From positions 56,966-120,965 of the forward strand of contig CP179889.1 in the NCBI GenBank assembly GCA_047456315.1: a stretch of DNA of 64,000 nt, read 5' to 3'. Position 1 is the first letter of the stretch. Every line of letters begins with the position of its first letter. The notes under the pieces were generated by a model, which saw nothing but the letters and a program-made list of their open reading frames with translations, was not told where the DNA came from and made no database searches. The stretch is from Candidatus Nealsonbacteria bacterium (lineage in GTDB: Bacteria > Patescibacteriota > Minisyncoccia > Minisyncoccales > JANBVM01). The translations under genes were made by a program, and so were the position numbers. Shown piece after piece: positions 27,699 through 37,062 of this stretch.

Positions 27699-29285
27699 CT
27701 ACATTTTTTCAGGAGCTGAAATTCCCATCAAGTCAAAAGTTTCTTTAAGTGTAATTTTAACAGCTGATATCAAAGATATCCTAGCCTGCTGTAGTTTTTT
27801 ATCATCAGTTAAGACCTTGCAGTTTTGATAGAACTGATGAAAAGCAGTTGCCAGATCAAAAGCATACTGAGGCAATCTCTGAACTTGATAATCTTTGCTT
27901 ATTTGCTCAATAATTCCCGGGAATCTAATAAGTTGCTTTATTAATAAGGCCTCGGAAGCGTGATTTAATAAAGAAAAATCAGGCTCTGTTTTTTTTGCTT
28001 TAATTTTTTTTAAAATACTGCAAATTCTTGCATAAGCATACTGAACGTAGTAAACCGGGTTTTTCTGTGATTGTTCCCTTGCTAAATCCATATCAAAATT
28101 CAAGTGGGTGCTAGCTGATCTTTGAAGGAAAAAGAATCTAACAGCATCTTTACCAACCATATCAATCAAATCATCCATTGTTACATAATGACCTGCTCTT
28201 TTGGACATTCTTAATTTTTCCCCTTTTTCAAAAAGGGTAATAAACTGCAGAATTATGATTTCAAGCTTGTTTTTGTAACCAAGCACCTCAACAATTGCTT
28301 TAAGTCCAGCTATATCCCCATAATGATCAGCTCCCCAAACATTAATCACCTTGTCAAACTTCTTGTCTTTAAACTTATACTCATGAAGAGCCATGTCTCC
28401 TGCTAAATAGGTTTTCCATTTATCTGATTTTACTATCACCCTGTCTCTGTCATCGCCGTATTGCTTTGATTTGAACCATAGGGCTCCATCTTTTTCATAC
28501 AGAAAGCACTTTTCCTTTAATTTATCTATTACCTTGTCAACCCGTCCTGACTTATGGAAACTTGTTTCTGAAATCCATTCATCATACTTTATTCCCATAT
28601 TGTCAGTGGTTTTTTTAATCATTTCTTTAATAATAATCTTGGCTGCTTTTTCACCAGCCTTGTAAACATCCTTTTCTTTTATTCTTTTACTCAAATCATC
28701 AATATAGTCTCCCTTGTATTTGGCATCTTTATCTTTTAAAACAGAATGCCCTAAAGTCATAATCTGCATTCCATAATCATTTATGTAATAAGCTTTTTCT
28801 GTTTCATAGCCAGCTTTTTTCAAAACATTTGCCAGCACATCACCAAATGCCCCGCCCCTGGCATTGCCAACTGTTAGAGGTCCTGTTGGATTTGCAGAAA
28901 TAAATTCAACCTGAACTTTTTGATTTCTGCCAATATCCAGCTGACCGAATTTTTCTTTTTTCTTAAGGATTTTTTTAACTCGCTCCTCTAAATATTTACT
29001 TGAAACAAAAAAATTAATGAATCCTGGTTTTAATATCTTAATCCTTCTAAATAAATCTGGTATTTTAATTTTGAAATTTTCAGTTAACAATTCCGCTGTT
29101 TCTATTGGGTTTTTCTTTGTTTTTTTTGCAATTATCATTGCAATATTAGTAGAATAATCACCATGAATTTCTTGTTCAGGACACTCAACTTTAATCTCGC
29201 TAATATCAAAAACAGGAATCTTCTTTTGTTTCTGAAGCTTAGTTATTGATTCTTTTATTAATTTTTTAATATCTTCTTTAATCAT
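27699..29285 (-). CDS. argS: arginyl-tRNA synthetase
   Basis: SANPTGPLTVGNARGGAFGD (the ArgRS HIGH-equivalent region) and a C-terminal DALR anticodon-binding domain. Confidence 0.92.
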   Translation of the reverse strand: MIKEDIKKLIKESITKLQKQKKIPVFDISEIKVECPEQEIHGDYSTNIAMIIAKKTKKNPIETAELLTENFKIKIPDLFRRIKILKPGFINFFVSSKYLEERVKKILKKKEKFGQLDIGRNQKVQVEFISANPTGPLTVGNARGGAFGDVLANVLKKAGYETEKAYYINDYGMQIMTLGHSVLKDKDAKYKGDYIDDLSKRIKEKDVYKAGEKAAKIIIKEMIKKTTDNMGIKYDEWISETSFHKSGRVDKVIDKLKEKCFLYEKDGALWFKSKQYGDDRDRVIVKSDKWKTYLAGDMALHEYKFKDKKFDKVINVWGADHYGDIAGLKAIVEVLGYKNKLEIIILQFITLFEKGEKLRMSKRAGHYVTMDDLIDMVGKDAVRFFFLQRSASTHLNFDMDLAREQSQKNPVYYVQYAYARICSILKKIKAKKTEPDFSLLNHASEALLIKQLIRFPGIIEQISKDYQVQRLPQYAFDLATAFHQFYQNCKVLTDDKKLQQARISLISAVKITLKETFDLMGISAPEKM

Positions 29286-30461
29286 TTATTTTTTTATTCT
29301 ATTGTGCAGTCTCATATGACCCTCTTGAATTCCTTCTGAGACCAAAGCTCTTAGCGCTGCTAGGTTTTGAGCCAGACCAACACCAGCCATCACACAAGCT
29401 AATTCCTGGGCTGATTTCACGTTTAATATCTTTAAAGAAACCCTTGCTACTGGATTAGCTGATACTGTTCCCCCAATTATTCCAACTGCTATTGGAACTG
29501 TCATCTCTCCAATTAAATCTCCGCTACTGCTCTTTGTCCATCTGGTCAAGGGCAAGTATTTCCCTGATTTTGCTGCATAACCATGGGCTCCTGCTTCAAG
29601 AGCTCTCCAATCATTTGAAATGGCTAAAGCAACTGCCCCCATTCCATTTAAAATACCTTTATTATTAGTCACAGCCCTATAGATATCAATTTCAGCTATA
29701 GCTTGAGCTTTAATAATATCTTCAACTACTTGTTTACCTTTAAATCCTTTTGTTGTTAAAGATTCTTTTAAAACTTTTCCTTTAACTTTTACTAATCTTT
29801 TGTCAGCTAAATTAGAAACAATTTTAAGAACTGCTTTTTTGTTGACAATCTTTTCAATCAAAGGAGAAACACCTTCGAGCATTGTGTCTACTGTATTAGC
29901 TCCCATAGCATCTTTAGTATCTACCAGCAAATGAATTCTTAAAATTGCCCCTATATTTTTATTATTTAAAACAGTTATTTCTAAATCTTTTGCACCAGCG
30001 CCCATTCTTATTAAATCAGGTTGTTTGGAATTAGCTAGTTTAATAATCTCTTTTTTATTTTCTAAAATCTTTTCTTTAATTTTTTGAATATTTTCTATTT
30101 CCGTTAAATAAATCTGTCCTATCATCTGATTACCCAAATTCTCAGCTTCAATCCCTCCATTTTCTCTTAAAAGCTTTGCTCCATAGCAGGCTGCAGCAAC
30201 TACAGAAGGCTCTTCAGTTACCATTGGCACCAGATAATCCTTTTTATTTATCAAAAAGTTTACAGCAATACTATAAGGAAGCGAGAAAACACCAATCACA
30301 TTTTCAGCCATCCTGTCTCTTATTTCTGGCTTTAATGTGCCCTTTTCAATGATTTCAATTTCCTTGTCAGTTAAATCAGCAAATTCTTTTACTTTTTTAA
30401 GTTTTTGTTCTTTGTTTAGCTTAAAAAAACCAGGGATTCTGCTGTTTTTTTTCTTATCCAT
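29286..30461 (-). CDS. mvaA: hydroxymethylglutaryl-CoA reductase, class II
   Basis: ENVIGVFSLPYSIAVNFLINKKDYLVPMVTEEPSVVAAACYGAKL matches class II HMGR. The start is assigned to MDKKK (the ORF-track start is 84 nt further upstream). Confidence 0.88.
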   Translation of the reverse strand: MDKKKNSRIPGFFKLNKEQKLKKVKEFADLTDKEIEIIEKGTLKPEIRDRMAENVIGVFSLPYSIAVNFLINKKDYLVPMVTEEPSVVAAACYGAKLLRENGGIEAENLGNQMIGQIYLTEIENIQKIKEKILENKKEIIKLANSKQPDLIRMGAGAKDLEITVLNNKNIGAILRIHLLVDTKDAMGANTVDTMLEGVSPLIEKIVNKKAVLKIVSNLADKRLVKVKGKVLKESLTTKGFKGKQVVEDIIKAQAIAEIDIYRAVTNNKGILNGMGAVALAISNDWRALEAGAHGYAAKSGKYLPLTRWTKSSSGDLIGEMTVPIAVGIIGGTVSANPVARVSLKILNVKSAQELACVMAGVGLAQNLAALRALVSEGIQEGHMRLHNRIKK

Positions 30462-30500
30462 TAATTTAAGCTTATCCGATTTTTCTGCTAAAATCAAAGT

Positions 30501-30941
30501 ATGAAAATAATTACTGAGAACAAAAAAGCATATTTTAATTACCAAGTCCTGGAAAAATTTGAAGCAGGCATTTCTTTAATTGGACAGGAAGTAAAATCAA
30601 TTAAACTGGGAAAAATCAACCTGGCCGGAGCTTATGTCGTTCTAAGAAGGGAAGAAATCTATTTAATTGGAGCTAATGTTCCACCCTATCAGCCAAAAAA
30701 TGCACCTAAAGATTACGACTCTAAAAGGCCAAGAAAACTTCTTCTCAGAAAAAAAGAAATTAAATATTTAATAGGAAAATCAAGGCAAAAAGGTTTGACA
30801 ATGATACCTTTAATAATCTATACTAGGAAAGGTAAAATAAAGCTGGAATTCGGTTTAGCTAAGGGAAAGCGAAAATTTGATAAAAGAGAAGCTATAAAAA
30901 AAAGAGAAGTTCAAAGAGAAATCAAAAGAACATTAGGATAA
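30501..30941 (+). CDS. smpB: SsrA-binding protein SmpB
   Basis: 146 aa with NKKAYFNYQVLEKFEAGISLIGQEVKS, typical of SmpB. Confidence 0.92.
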   Translation: MKIITENKKAYFNYQVLEKFEAGISLIGQEVKSIKLGKINLAGAYVVLRREEIYLIGANVPPYQPKNAPKDYDSKRPRKLLLRKKEIKYLIGKSRQKGLTMIPLIIYTRKGKIKLEFGLAKGKRKFDKREAIKKREVQREIKRTLG

Positions 30942-30945
30942 AAAT

Positions 30946-31285
30946 GGGGACGTCAAGATTCGACAGGAATTTGAATAAAAAATGCAAGTCGAGCTTCGAA
31001 TCTCGTAAATCTTCGAAACAACATTAAGTGCCAATAACTTATTTGCACCCGCATTAGCTACTGCTTAATGCCGTCTGCCTTACTGATTCTCGATAGGTAA
31101 AAGCGGGCGTGATATTATCGGGATAGATAGTTTTTTAGGAACTGGGAAAACTATCAAAAATCAACAGAACAAAAATCAGAAAAATTTTGTCCAGTTTAAA
31201 TTTTCTGAGTTCAACTAACTGGGCTAAACTTGTAGAGTTATTTTAGAATAATTCCTGGACAAGGGGGCAGATCCCTTCGTCTCCA
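30946..31285 (+). ncRNA. ssrA: tmRNA (transfer-messenger RNA, ssrA)
   Basis: 5' GGGGACGUCAAGAUUCGACAGG (compare consensus GGGGCUGAUUCUGGAUUCGACGGG). The 3' end AAGGG-GGCAGAU-CCCUU-CGUCUCC-A gives an acceptor stem GGGGACG/CGUCUCC with a G3-U70 pair and discriminator A. It sits directly downstream of smpB. Candidate tag frame: GCC AAT AAC TTA TTT GCA CCC GCA TTA GCT ACT GCT TAA. Confidence 0.8.
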
Positions 31286-31287
31286 CT

Positions 31288-31788
31288 ATGTTTAAAATGG
31301 TAAAAACAAGTTATGGGAAAATAAAAAACCTTTCTAGCCCAGAGGCGGCTTATACGGCTGGCTTAATTGATGGAGACGGTACAATTGCTTTGAGTCGCTC
31401 TCAAAGCAAGAATCGAAATAAAAAAGAGTATCGCAGATTAGAAGTTAAAATAAGCAATACAGATTTTAATCTACTTAGTTATATTAAAAATATAGTCGGT
31501 GCCGGACAGATATCAAAGAAAAGGCCGCGCAATGAAAGACAGTCAATATCTTACGCATACAGAATCTGTAATCGACAAGCATTCAATCTTTTAACTCAGA
31601 TTTCATCCTGTCTTAAAACCTATAAGCAAAAACGTGCGAGGCTAGTTTTAGAAAATTATATAGAATTAACTCCCCGCAACGGAAAGTATTCCCAGGAAAT
31701 CCTTGCCAGAAAAAAACGATTCGTGAAAGCTTTTTTCGCTATACCATCGACAATGAAAATAAAGCCGAAAATCGCAAAATATTATTAG
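31288..31788 (+). CDS. LAGLIDADG-family homing endonuclease (single-motif, I-CreI-like size)
   Basis: 166 aa with AAYTAGLIDGDGTIAL (the LAGLIDADG motif). It starts 3 nt after the tmRNA 3' end. Confidence 0.75.
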   Translation: MFKMVKTSYGKIKNLSSPEAAYTAGLIDGDGTIALSRSQSKNRNKKEYRRLEVKISNTDFNLLSYIKNIVGAGQISKKRPRNERQSISYAYRICNRQAFNLLTQISSCLKTYKQKRARLVLENYIELTPRNGKYSQEILARKKRFVKAFFAIPSTMKIKPKIAKYY

Positions 31789-31798
31789 TTTTATTGCA

Positions 31799-32335
31799 TT
31801 GATTAAAAAACCATTAGTAAACAACAGAATAAGGGCTCGTGAAGTAAGGCTGATTGATGAGACCGGAAAGCAAGTCGGGGTTGTTCTATTGGAAAAAGCG
31901 CTCCAGATGGCTCAAGAGCGCAATTTAGACTTAGTTCAGGTTACAGATAAAGTTGAACCACCTGTCTGTAAGATTACAGATTATGGAAAATATCTTTACA
32001 AGCTTCAGAAAAAAGAGAAGAAAGAGAAAAAAACCAGCGAAATAAAGGGAATAAGATTAAGATTTAATATTTCTCCTCATGATATGGAAACAAGAGCCAA
32101 TCAGTCAGAAAAATTCTTAAGAAAAGGAAATCTGGTAAAAATAGAGATGTTGCTGCGAGGAAGAGAAAAAGGGCTTGGTCACTTTGCCAGAAAAAAGATA
32201 AATGACTTTGTACAAATCCTAAATGAGAAAATCCCAGTGAAAATTGAAAGCGCTTTAAAAAGAGCTCCCAATAAATTCATAATGATTGTTTCAAAAGATC
32301 AAAAACAGGAGGAAAGAAAGGAAGAAAATAAATAA
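31799..32335 (+). CDS. infC: translation initiation factor IF-3
   Basis: NNRIRAREVRLIDETGKQVGVV is typical of IF-3. It uses a non-AUG (TTG/ATT) start, as is common for infC. Confidence 0.9.
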   Translation: MIKKPLVNNRIRAREVRLIDETGKQVGVVLLEKALQMAQERNLDLVQVTDKVEPPVCKITDYGKYLYKLQKKEKKEKKTSEIKGIRLRFNISPHDMETRANQSEKFLRKGNLVKIEMLLRGREKGLGHFARKKINDFVQILNEKIPVKIESALKRAPNKFIMIVSKDQKQEERKEENK

Positions 32336-32336
32336 T

Positions 32337-32528
32337 ATGAAAACAAGAAAATCAGTAGCAAAACGTTTTAAAATAACAAGAACTGGCAAAGTTTTAAGAA
32401 GGGCGGTTGGCCTTTGTCATTACAGAGCTAAAAAATCAGGCAAACAAATCAGGAAAAGAAGAAAGCTTGTTCCTTTAGCGCCTGCTGAAGCAAAAAAAAT
32501 AAAAAAGATTCTTAAATACCAAAGATAA
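32337..32528 (+). CDS. rpmI: 50S ribosomal protein L35
   Basis: MKTRKSVAKRFKITRTGKVLRR; in the infC-rpmI-rplT operon context. Confidence 0.88.
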   Translation: MKTRKSVAKRFKITRTGKVLRRAVGLCHYRAKKSGKQIRKRRKLVPLAPAEAKKIKKILKYQR

Positions 32529-32530
32529 CT

Positions 32531-32902
32531 ATGACAAGAGTAAAAAGGGGAAAAACTGCACACAAAAGAAAAAAACGTATTTTAAAACTTACCAAAGGTT
32601 ATCGTTGGGGAAGAAAATCAAAATACAGACTGGCAAAAGATGCCCTATTTCATGCCTGGACTCATGCATATAAGCACAGGAGAACTAAAAAAAGAGTTTT
32701 CAGAGGCCTCTGGCAAATCCAGATTAATGCTGCAGCTCGTGAAAAAGGAATCTCATATAGCAAGTTCACTAATCTTTTAAAAAAGAATAAGATTGGAATT
32801 GATAGAAAAATATTATCCCAGTTAGCACAAAAACACCCTAAAATATTTGAAAAGATTCTTGAGAAAGTAATTGTAAAAAAAGAATCAAAAAAAGCCGCCT
32901 AA
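32531..32902 (+). CDS. rplT: 50S ribosomal protein L20
   Basis: MTRVKRGKTAHKRKKRILKLTKGYRWGRKS; followed by a bidirectional terminator (GCCGCC/GGCGGT hairpin) at 32893-32925. Confidence 0.92.
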   Translation: MTRVKRGKTAHKRKKRILKLTKGYRWGRKSKYRLAKDALFHAWTHAYKHRRTKKRVFRGLWQIQINAAAREKGISYSKFTNLLKKNKIGIDRKILSQLAQKHPKIFEKILEKVIVKKESKKAA

Positions 32903-32920
32903 AAGGCGGTTTTAAAATAG

Positions 32921-33343
32921 CTACAGTTTGTTTTTAATAATGAGATCATTAACTTTTTTTAAAACTTTCTTGGCATTTTCAAATGTTAATTGTTCTAGGG
33001 CTTTGTCATAAGGAAGCCATTTAAAACCAACATGTTCATAAGAAAGCTTGATTTCTTTTGTTTTGGTTTCAGCTAGAAAAAATATCACTGTTTTAAAAAT
33101 TGTTTTGCCTTGTTTTTTAAAAAAATACTCTATTTTTTCTTCAAGATTTTCAATAAATCTTAAATCATCAATCCCAGTCTCTTCTTTGGTCTCTCTCGTG
33201 ATTGTTTGTTTTAAATCTTCATTCCTTTCAATCTTGCCTTTAACAAAATCCCAATGCCCTAATTCATAATGCAAAACAAGGTAATAAATATTATTTTTGT
33301 CTTTTCTAAAGATTACTGCTCCAGCTGATTTTTCTACTGGCAT
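32921..33343 (-). CDS. NUDIX hydrolase
   Basis: Nudix box GKIERNEDLKQTITRETKEETGI (Gx5Ex7REUxEExGU). Confidence 0.8.
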   Translation of the reverse strand: MPVEKSAGAVIFRKDKNNIYYLVLHYELGHWDFVKGKIERNEDLKQTITRETKEETGIDDLRFIENLEEKIEYFFKKQGKTIFKTVIFFLAETKTKEIKLSYEHVGFKWLPYDKALEQLTFENAKKVLKKVNDLIIKNKL

Positions 33344-33344
33344 A

Positions 33345-35063
33345 CTACTGAAAATTCTTTAGTAATTTATTTAAAGGTTGAGTGTTTATAATATCTTTTT
33401 TTTCTGCCCAACCACGACGGGCCTGAGCTACTCCTAAGTTCATAAATTTCATATGTTCTTTGTGATGCGAATCTGTATTAATAATCATTTTCACTCCAGT
33501 TTCTTTAGACCTTCTAATATTTAAATCATTTAGGTCTAATCTTAGAGGATAAGCATTAATCTCTAAAACAACTCCAAACTCTTTTGCAGCTTTTAAAATT
33601 TTATCAAAATCTATTTCATACTCTTCTCTTTGTTTAAGCAGTCTTCCTGTTGGATGAGAAATTATATTAATGTGTCTATTTTTCATTGCCTTGATTATTC
33701 TTTTAGTCATTTCATCTTTTTTCATCTTAAGGCTTGAATGAATTCCAGCAATAACATAATCTAATTTTTTCAAGGCCTCGTCATTAATATCAATTGAACC
33801 GTCTTTTAAAATATTTGTTTCAGCGCCCTGAAGTACTTTAAACTTCTTCTTTGCAAACTTTTTATTCAACTTATCAATTTCTTTGCGTTGTTCTGATAAT
33901 TGCTTTTCATTTAAACCATGTTCAATTCTTAAAAACTTGGTGTGGTCTGAAATGCCGATGTATTCATAACCCATTTCCATTGCTTTTCTAGCCATTTCTG
34001 AAATTGAGTTTTCTCCTCCATTCCAGCTTGAGTGACAATGTAAATCTCCTTTAATGTCTTTTAACTGCAGTAATTTAGGAAGATTTCCTTTTAAAGCTGC
34101 TTCAATTTCTCCCTGGTCTTCTCTGAGTTCTGGGGGAACCCAGTCCATACCCAATAATCTATAAATTTCTTTTTCGTTTTTCCCTGCAATTTTTCTTTTT
34201 CCTTTAAATAAACCGTATTCATTAAGTTTTAGTCCTTTAGAAATTGCAATCTTTCTTGTAGCAATATTGTGTTCTTTTGAACCAATAAAATATTGAAGAG
34301 CAGCTCCATAGCTTTCTCTTGGAACAACTCTGATGTCAATATCAAAACCAGTTTTCATTCTTACTGATGCCCTGGTAGTTCCTTTGCTCCATACTTTTTC
34401 AATTCCATCTAAATTTACAAAAAAATCCATTACTTTTTTTGGTTTTTTAGAAGCCACCAAAATATCAATATCCTTTATTGTTTCTCTCATTCTTTTTAAA
34501 GAGCCAACTATATCAATTTTTTCAACTTCTTTTAATCTTTCTAATCTTTCATAAATTTCTTGAGCTACTGGTAGAATTTCTCCCAATAAAAATCTTCCTT
34601 TTCCTTTTTTCAAAAACTCAATACCCTCTAAAATGTTTTTTTCTGTTTTTTCTCCAAAGCCAAAAAGAGGCGCGATTTTATGCGCCTTAGCTGCTTTTTC
34701 TAATTGCTTAACATTTCTAATTCCTATTTTTTGATATAGTGTCTTGATTTTTTTAGGACCCAATCCTTCAACAGCAGTTAAAGCGCTCAAGTCAACTGGA
34801 GATCTTTTTTTAAGATTTTCGTATTCTTTAATTTTTCCAGTTTTTAAATACTCTTCAATCTTTAAGGCAATATTCTTACCCACACCAGGTATTTTATCGA
34901 GCCCTTTTAATCCTTCTTTAAAATAAATATCAGAAACACTTCTTTCTAAATTCTCCAAAGTTAAAGCAACTCTCTGATAAGCACGGGGTTTAAAAGGAAC
35001 TTCTTCCATTTCTAAATATTCTGAGATTTCGTAAAATATTTTGGCAATTTCTTGGTTTTTCAT
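33345..35063 (-). CDS. polX: DNA polymerase X family protein with a PHP domain
   Basis: N-terminal HhH motifs (GIGKNIALKIEEYL, GLGPKKIKTLY), a Pol beta-like core, and a C-terminal PHP domain (DLHCHSSWNGGENSI...TDSHH). Confidence 0.85.
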   Translation of the reverse strand: MKNQEIAKIFYEISEYLEMEEVPFKPRAYQRVALTLENLERSVSDIYFKEGLKGLDKIPGVGKNIALKIEEYLKTGKIKEYENLKKRSPVDLSALTAVEGLGPKKIKTLYQKIGIRNVKQLEKAAKAHKIAPLFGFGEKTEKNILEGIEFLKKGKGRFLLGEILPVAQEIYERLERLKEVEKIDIVGSLKRMRETIKDIDILVASKKPKKVMDFFVNLDGIEKVWSKGTTRASVRMKTGFDIDIRVVPRESYGAALQYFIGSKEHNIATRKIAISKGLKLNEYGLFKGKRKIAGKNEKEIYRLLGMDWVPPELREDQGEIEAALKGNLPKLLQLKDIKGDLHCHSSWNGGENSISEMARKAMEMGYEYIGISDHTKFLRIEHGLNEKQLSEQRKEIDKLNKKFAKKKFKVLQGAETNILKDGSIDINDEALKKLDYVIAGIHSSLKMKKDEMTKRIIKAMKNRHINIISHPTGRLLKQREEYEIDFDKILKAAKEFGVVLEINAYPLRLDLNDLNIRRSKETGVKMIINTDSHHKEHMKFMNLGVAQARRGWAEKKDIINTQPLNKLLKNFQ

Positions 35064-35078
35064 AACCAGTAGAGAATT

Positions 35079-35753
35079 TTAAAATGGTAACCTGGAACGG
35101 GGAACTCTTGGAAGAACTTTGTCGTGAGGAGCTACCTCTTTACGTATTAAAAGAAGCAGTAAAGCTGAAACAAAAGTAAAAGCACTTACTAAAACAAAAA
35201 TAATTTTAAAACCAAATATTGCAACTAAAATACCACCTGTAGCGCCTGCAATTCCTGAGCCAAAACCCAGTGCAGTGCTTCTTAATCCCCACTCATATGC
35301 CTCCTCTCCCTTATCAATGTGTCTTGTAAACACAGCCGACCAAGAAGGTATTACCATGGCCATAGCAACAGCCTGAACACATTGAGCAGCATAGATGTGC
35401 AAAGGTTCTGATGAAAACATAAAAATAAAAGGAACAAAAGCGCTTAAAAATGTTCCAGAAAACATAAACCAAAAATCATCCTGCTCGCCATGGTTTTTAT
35501 CTAAATATCTGCCAATTGGAATCTGGAGAATTGATTTTAATAGCCAATAAGTTAAAGAGGCAAAACCAGCAACCTGAGCAGCATGAGCAGTACTGTCAAT
35601 GGCAATATTTTGAACAATAAATATTGCAAAGATAGGACCAACAAATCCCCAGCCAGCAGCCATTACAAGGTCGCTTGTTATCAGAACTCTAATAATTTTG
35701 TTAATAGATTTTGACATATTCTTTATTATACTAAGTCCTTGTTTTAATCTCAA
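35079..35753 (-). CDS. hypothetical integral membrane protein (MFS-half-like, ~6 TM)
   Basis: 224-aa hydrophobic ORF. Confidence 0.5.
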   Translation of the reverse strand: MRLKQGLSIIKNMSKSINKIIRVLITSDLVMAAGWGFVGPIFAIFIVQNIAIDSTAHAAQVAGFASLTYWLLKSILQIPIGRYLDKNHGEQDDFWFMFSGTFLSAFVPFIFMFSSEPLHIYAAQCVQAVAMAMVIPSWSAVFTRHIDKGEEAYEWGLRSTALGFGSGIAGATGGILVAIFGFKIIFVLVSAFTFVSALLLLLIRKEVAPHDKVLPRVPRSRLPF

Positions 35754-35855
35754 ACCTTGCTAGATAATAATAAAAAGGGGCCGAGGGATAATCCTCGACT
35801 TTTTAAAAGACTATATCTCTATATTCAAAATAACAGCTACGTATAAACTGTCAAT

Positions 35856-36884
35856 CTATAACTTATCTTTCTCTATAAACTCACCAACTCTTTCAATCTT
35901 CTTAGAAAACATATCTTTAAAAAATCCCACTCCAACCCGAAACACTATTATAATTCCAAGCAAAGCAACTAATAGCTCTGCTCCTCTGATTATCATTGTA
36001 AAAGCAGTTGCTGATGAAAGAGTCAGCCCTAAAGATTTAAAAGCAAAAATTTGAATTACTTCATGAGAACCTAAAGATGTAGGAATTGGAATCATTGCTG
36101 CTAAATATGTAAAACCTAAAACAGACAGCGATGATAAAAATTCAATATTTCTTCCTAAAAAAAGAATCAAAACCCAGGCCCTTAAACACATTACCCCTGC
36201 CCGTAAAAATGAAAGGGTAAAGCTTTTTTTCATGAATTTATTTTCCCATTTGAAAAAATCAAAAATCTCCTTTTCAGCTTCAAAAAGAAGATTGTTCTGA
36301 TTGTATTCTTTAAAACCGCTGACTTTAAAAAGAAACCTAACAATGCTTTCTTTTTTTGAAACTTTAAAATAGAAATATGCGATTGCTAAAAAGAAAGCTA
36401 AAAATATACTGCCAAAAATCATTAACAAGTTTTTAGAAGGCAGACCTATTTTATAAAGAAAATAAAAGCTTCCTAAAACAATTACTATTAAGTTAATTGT
36501 CCACTCTAGAATTCTGTCAATAAAAACAGAAGCCATTATTTTTGACCAAGCAACTTTGTTTTTCCTTCTTATAATATAGCCTCTTAAAAGCTCCCCAGCC
36601 CAAACAAGCACAGGGGCTAAAAACATTACAGAAAAACCGGCTAAAAAAGCCTTGAAAAGCTCAAAAAATGAAATCTCAACATCTTGAGCTTTTAAGATTA
36701 CCTGCCATTTTCTATTACCAATAAGCAATACAAGAAGCGTTAAAGAAAAAATAATTATACCGTGAATACCAGTAAAAAGCAGAAAAGCAGAACTTATTTC
36801 GCTCCAGCCAACAGTTTTTCCAATCCATAAAAAAATTCCGATTCCAATGAAAAGAGAAATTAAAAAAAGAAACAGTTTTTTCAT
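35856..36884 (-). CDS. hypothetical integral membrane protein (UPF0104/flippase-like)
   Basis: 342 aa with multiple TM segments; an operon terminator hairpin (AACTCCT/AGGAGTT) lies upstream at 36921-36950, on the minus strand downstream of mvk. Confidence 0.5.
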   Translation of the reverse strand: MKKLFLFLISLFIGIGIFLWIGKTVGWSEISSAFLLFTGIHGIIIFSLTLLVLLIGNRKWQVILKAQDVEISFFELFKAFLAGFSVMFLAPVLVWAGELLRGYIIRRKNKVAWSKIMASVFIDRILEWTINLIVIVLGSFYFLYKIGLPSKNLLMIFGSIFLAFFLAIAYFYFKVSKKESIVRFLFKVSGFKEYNQNNLLFEAEKEIFDFFKWENKFMKKSFTLSFLRAGVMCLRAWVLILFLGRNIEFLSSLSVLGFTYLAAMIPIPTSLGSHEVIQIFAFKSLGLTLSSATAFTMIIRGAELLVALLGIIIVFRVGVGFFKDMFSKKIERVGEFIEKDKL

Positions 36885-37062
36885 ATTCTAAATTATATCA
36901 GCAATAAAAAGTAAAACAAAACTCCTCAAAATCAAGGAGTTCTGTTTCCTTTACGCCTCAATCTATTAATAATTAAATTCCACCGTATAGTTTCTGAATC
37001 CCTTCTATATCGCCACTCTCAAAAACTGTTTCTTTTTTTTATTCCCTCTTTTTTAGAAAGAT

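Noticed and set aside
32286-32336. N-terminal extension of L35 in the ORF track (MFQKIKNRRKERKKINN...)
   Set aside because: It overlaps the 3' end of infC in another frame. L35 homologs begin at MKTRKSVAKRF (ATG at 32337), which has a better-spaced start.
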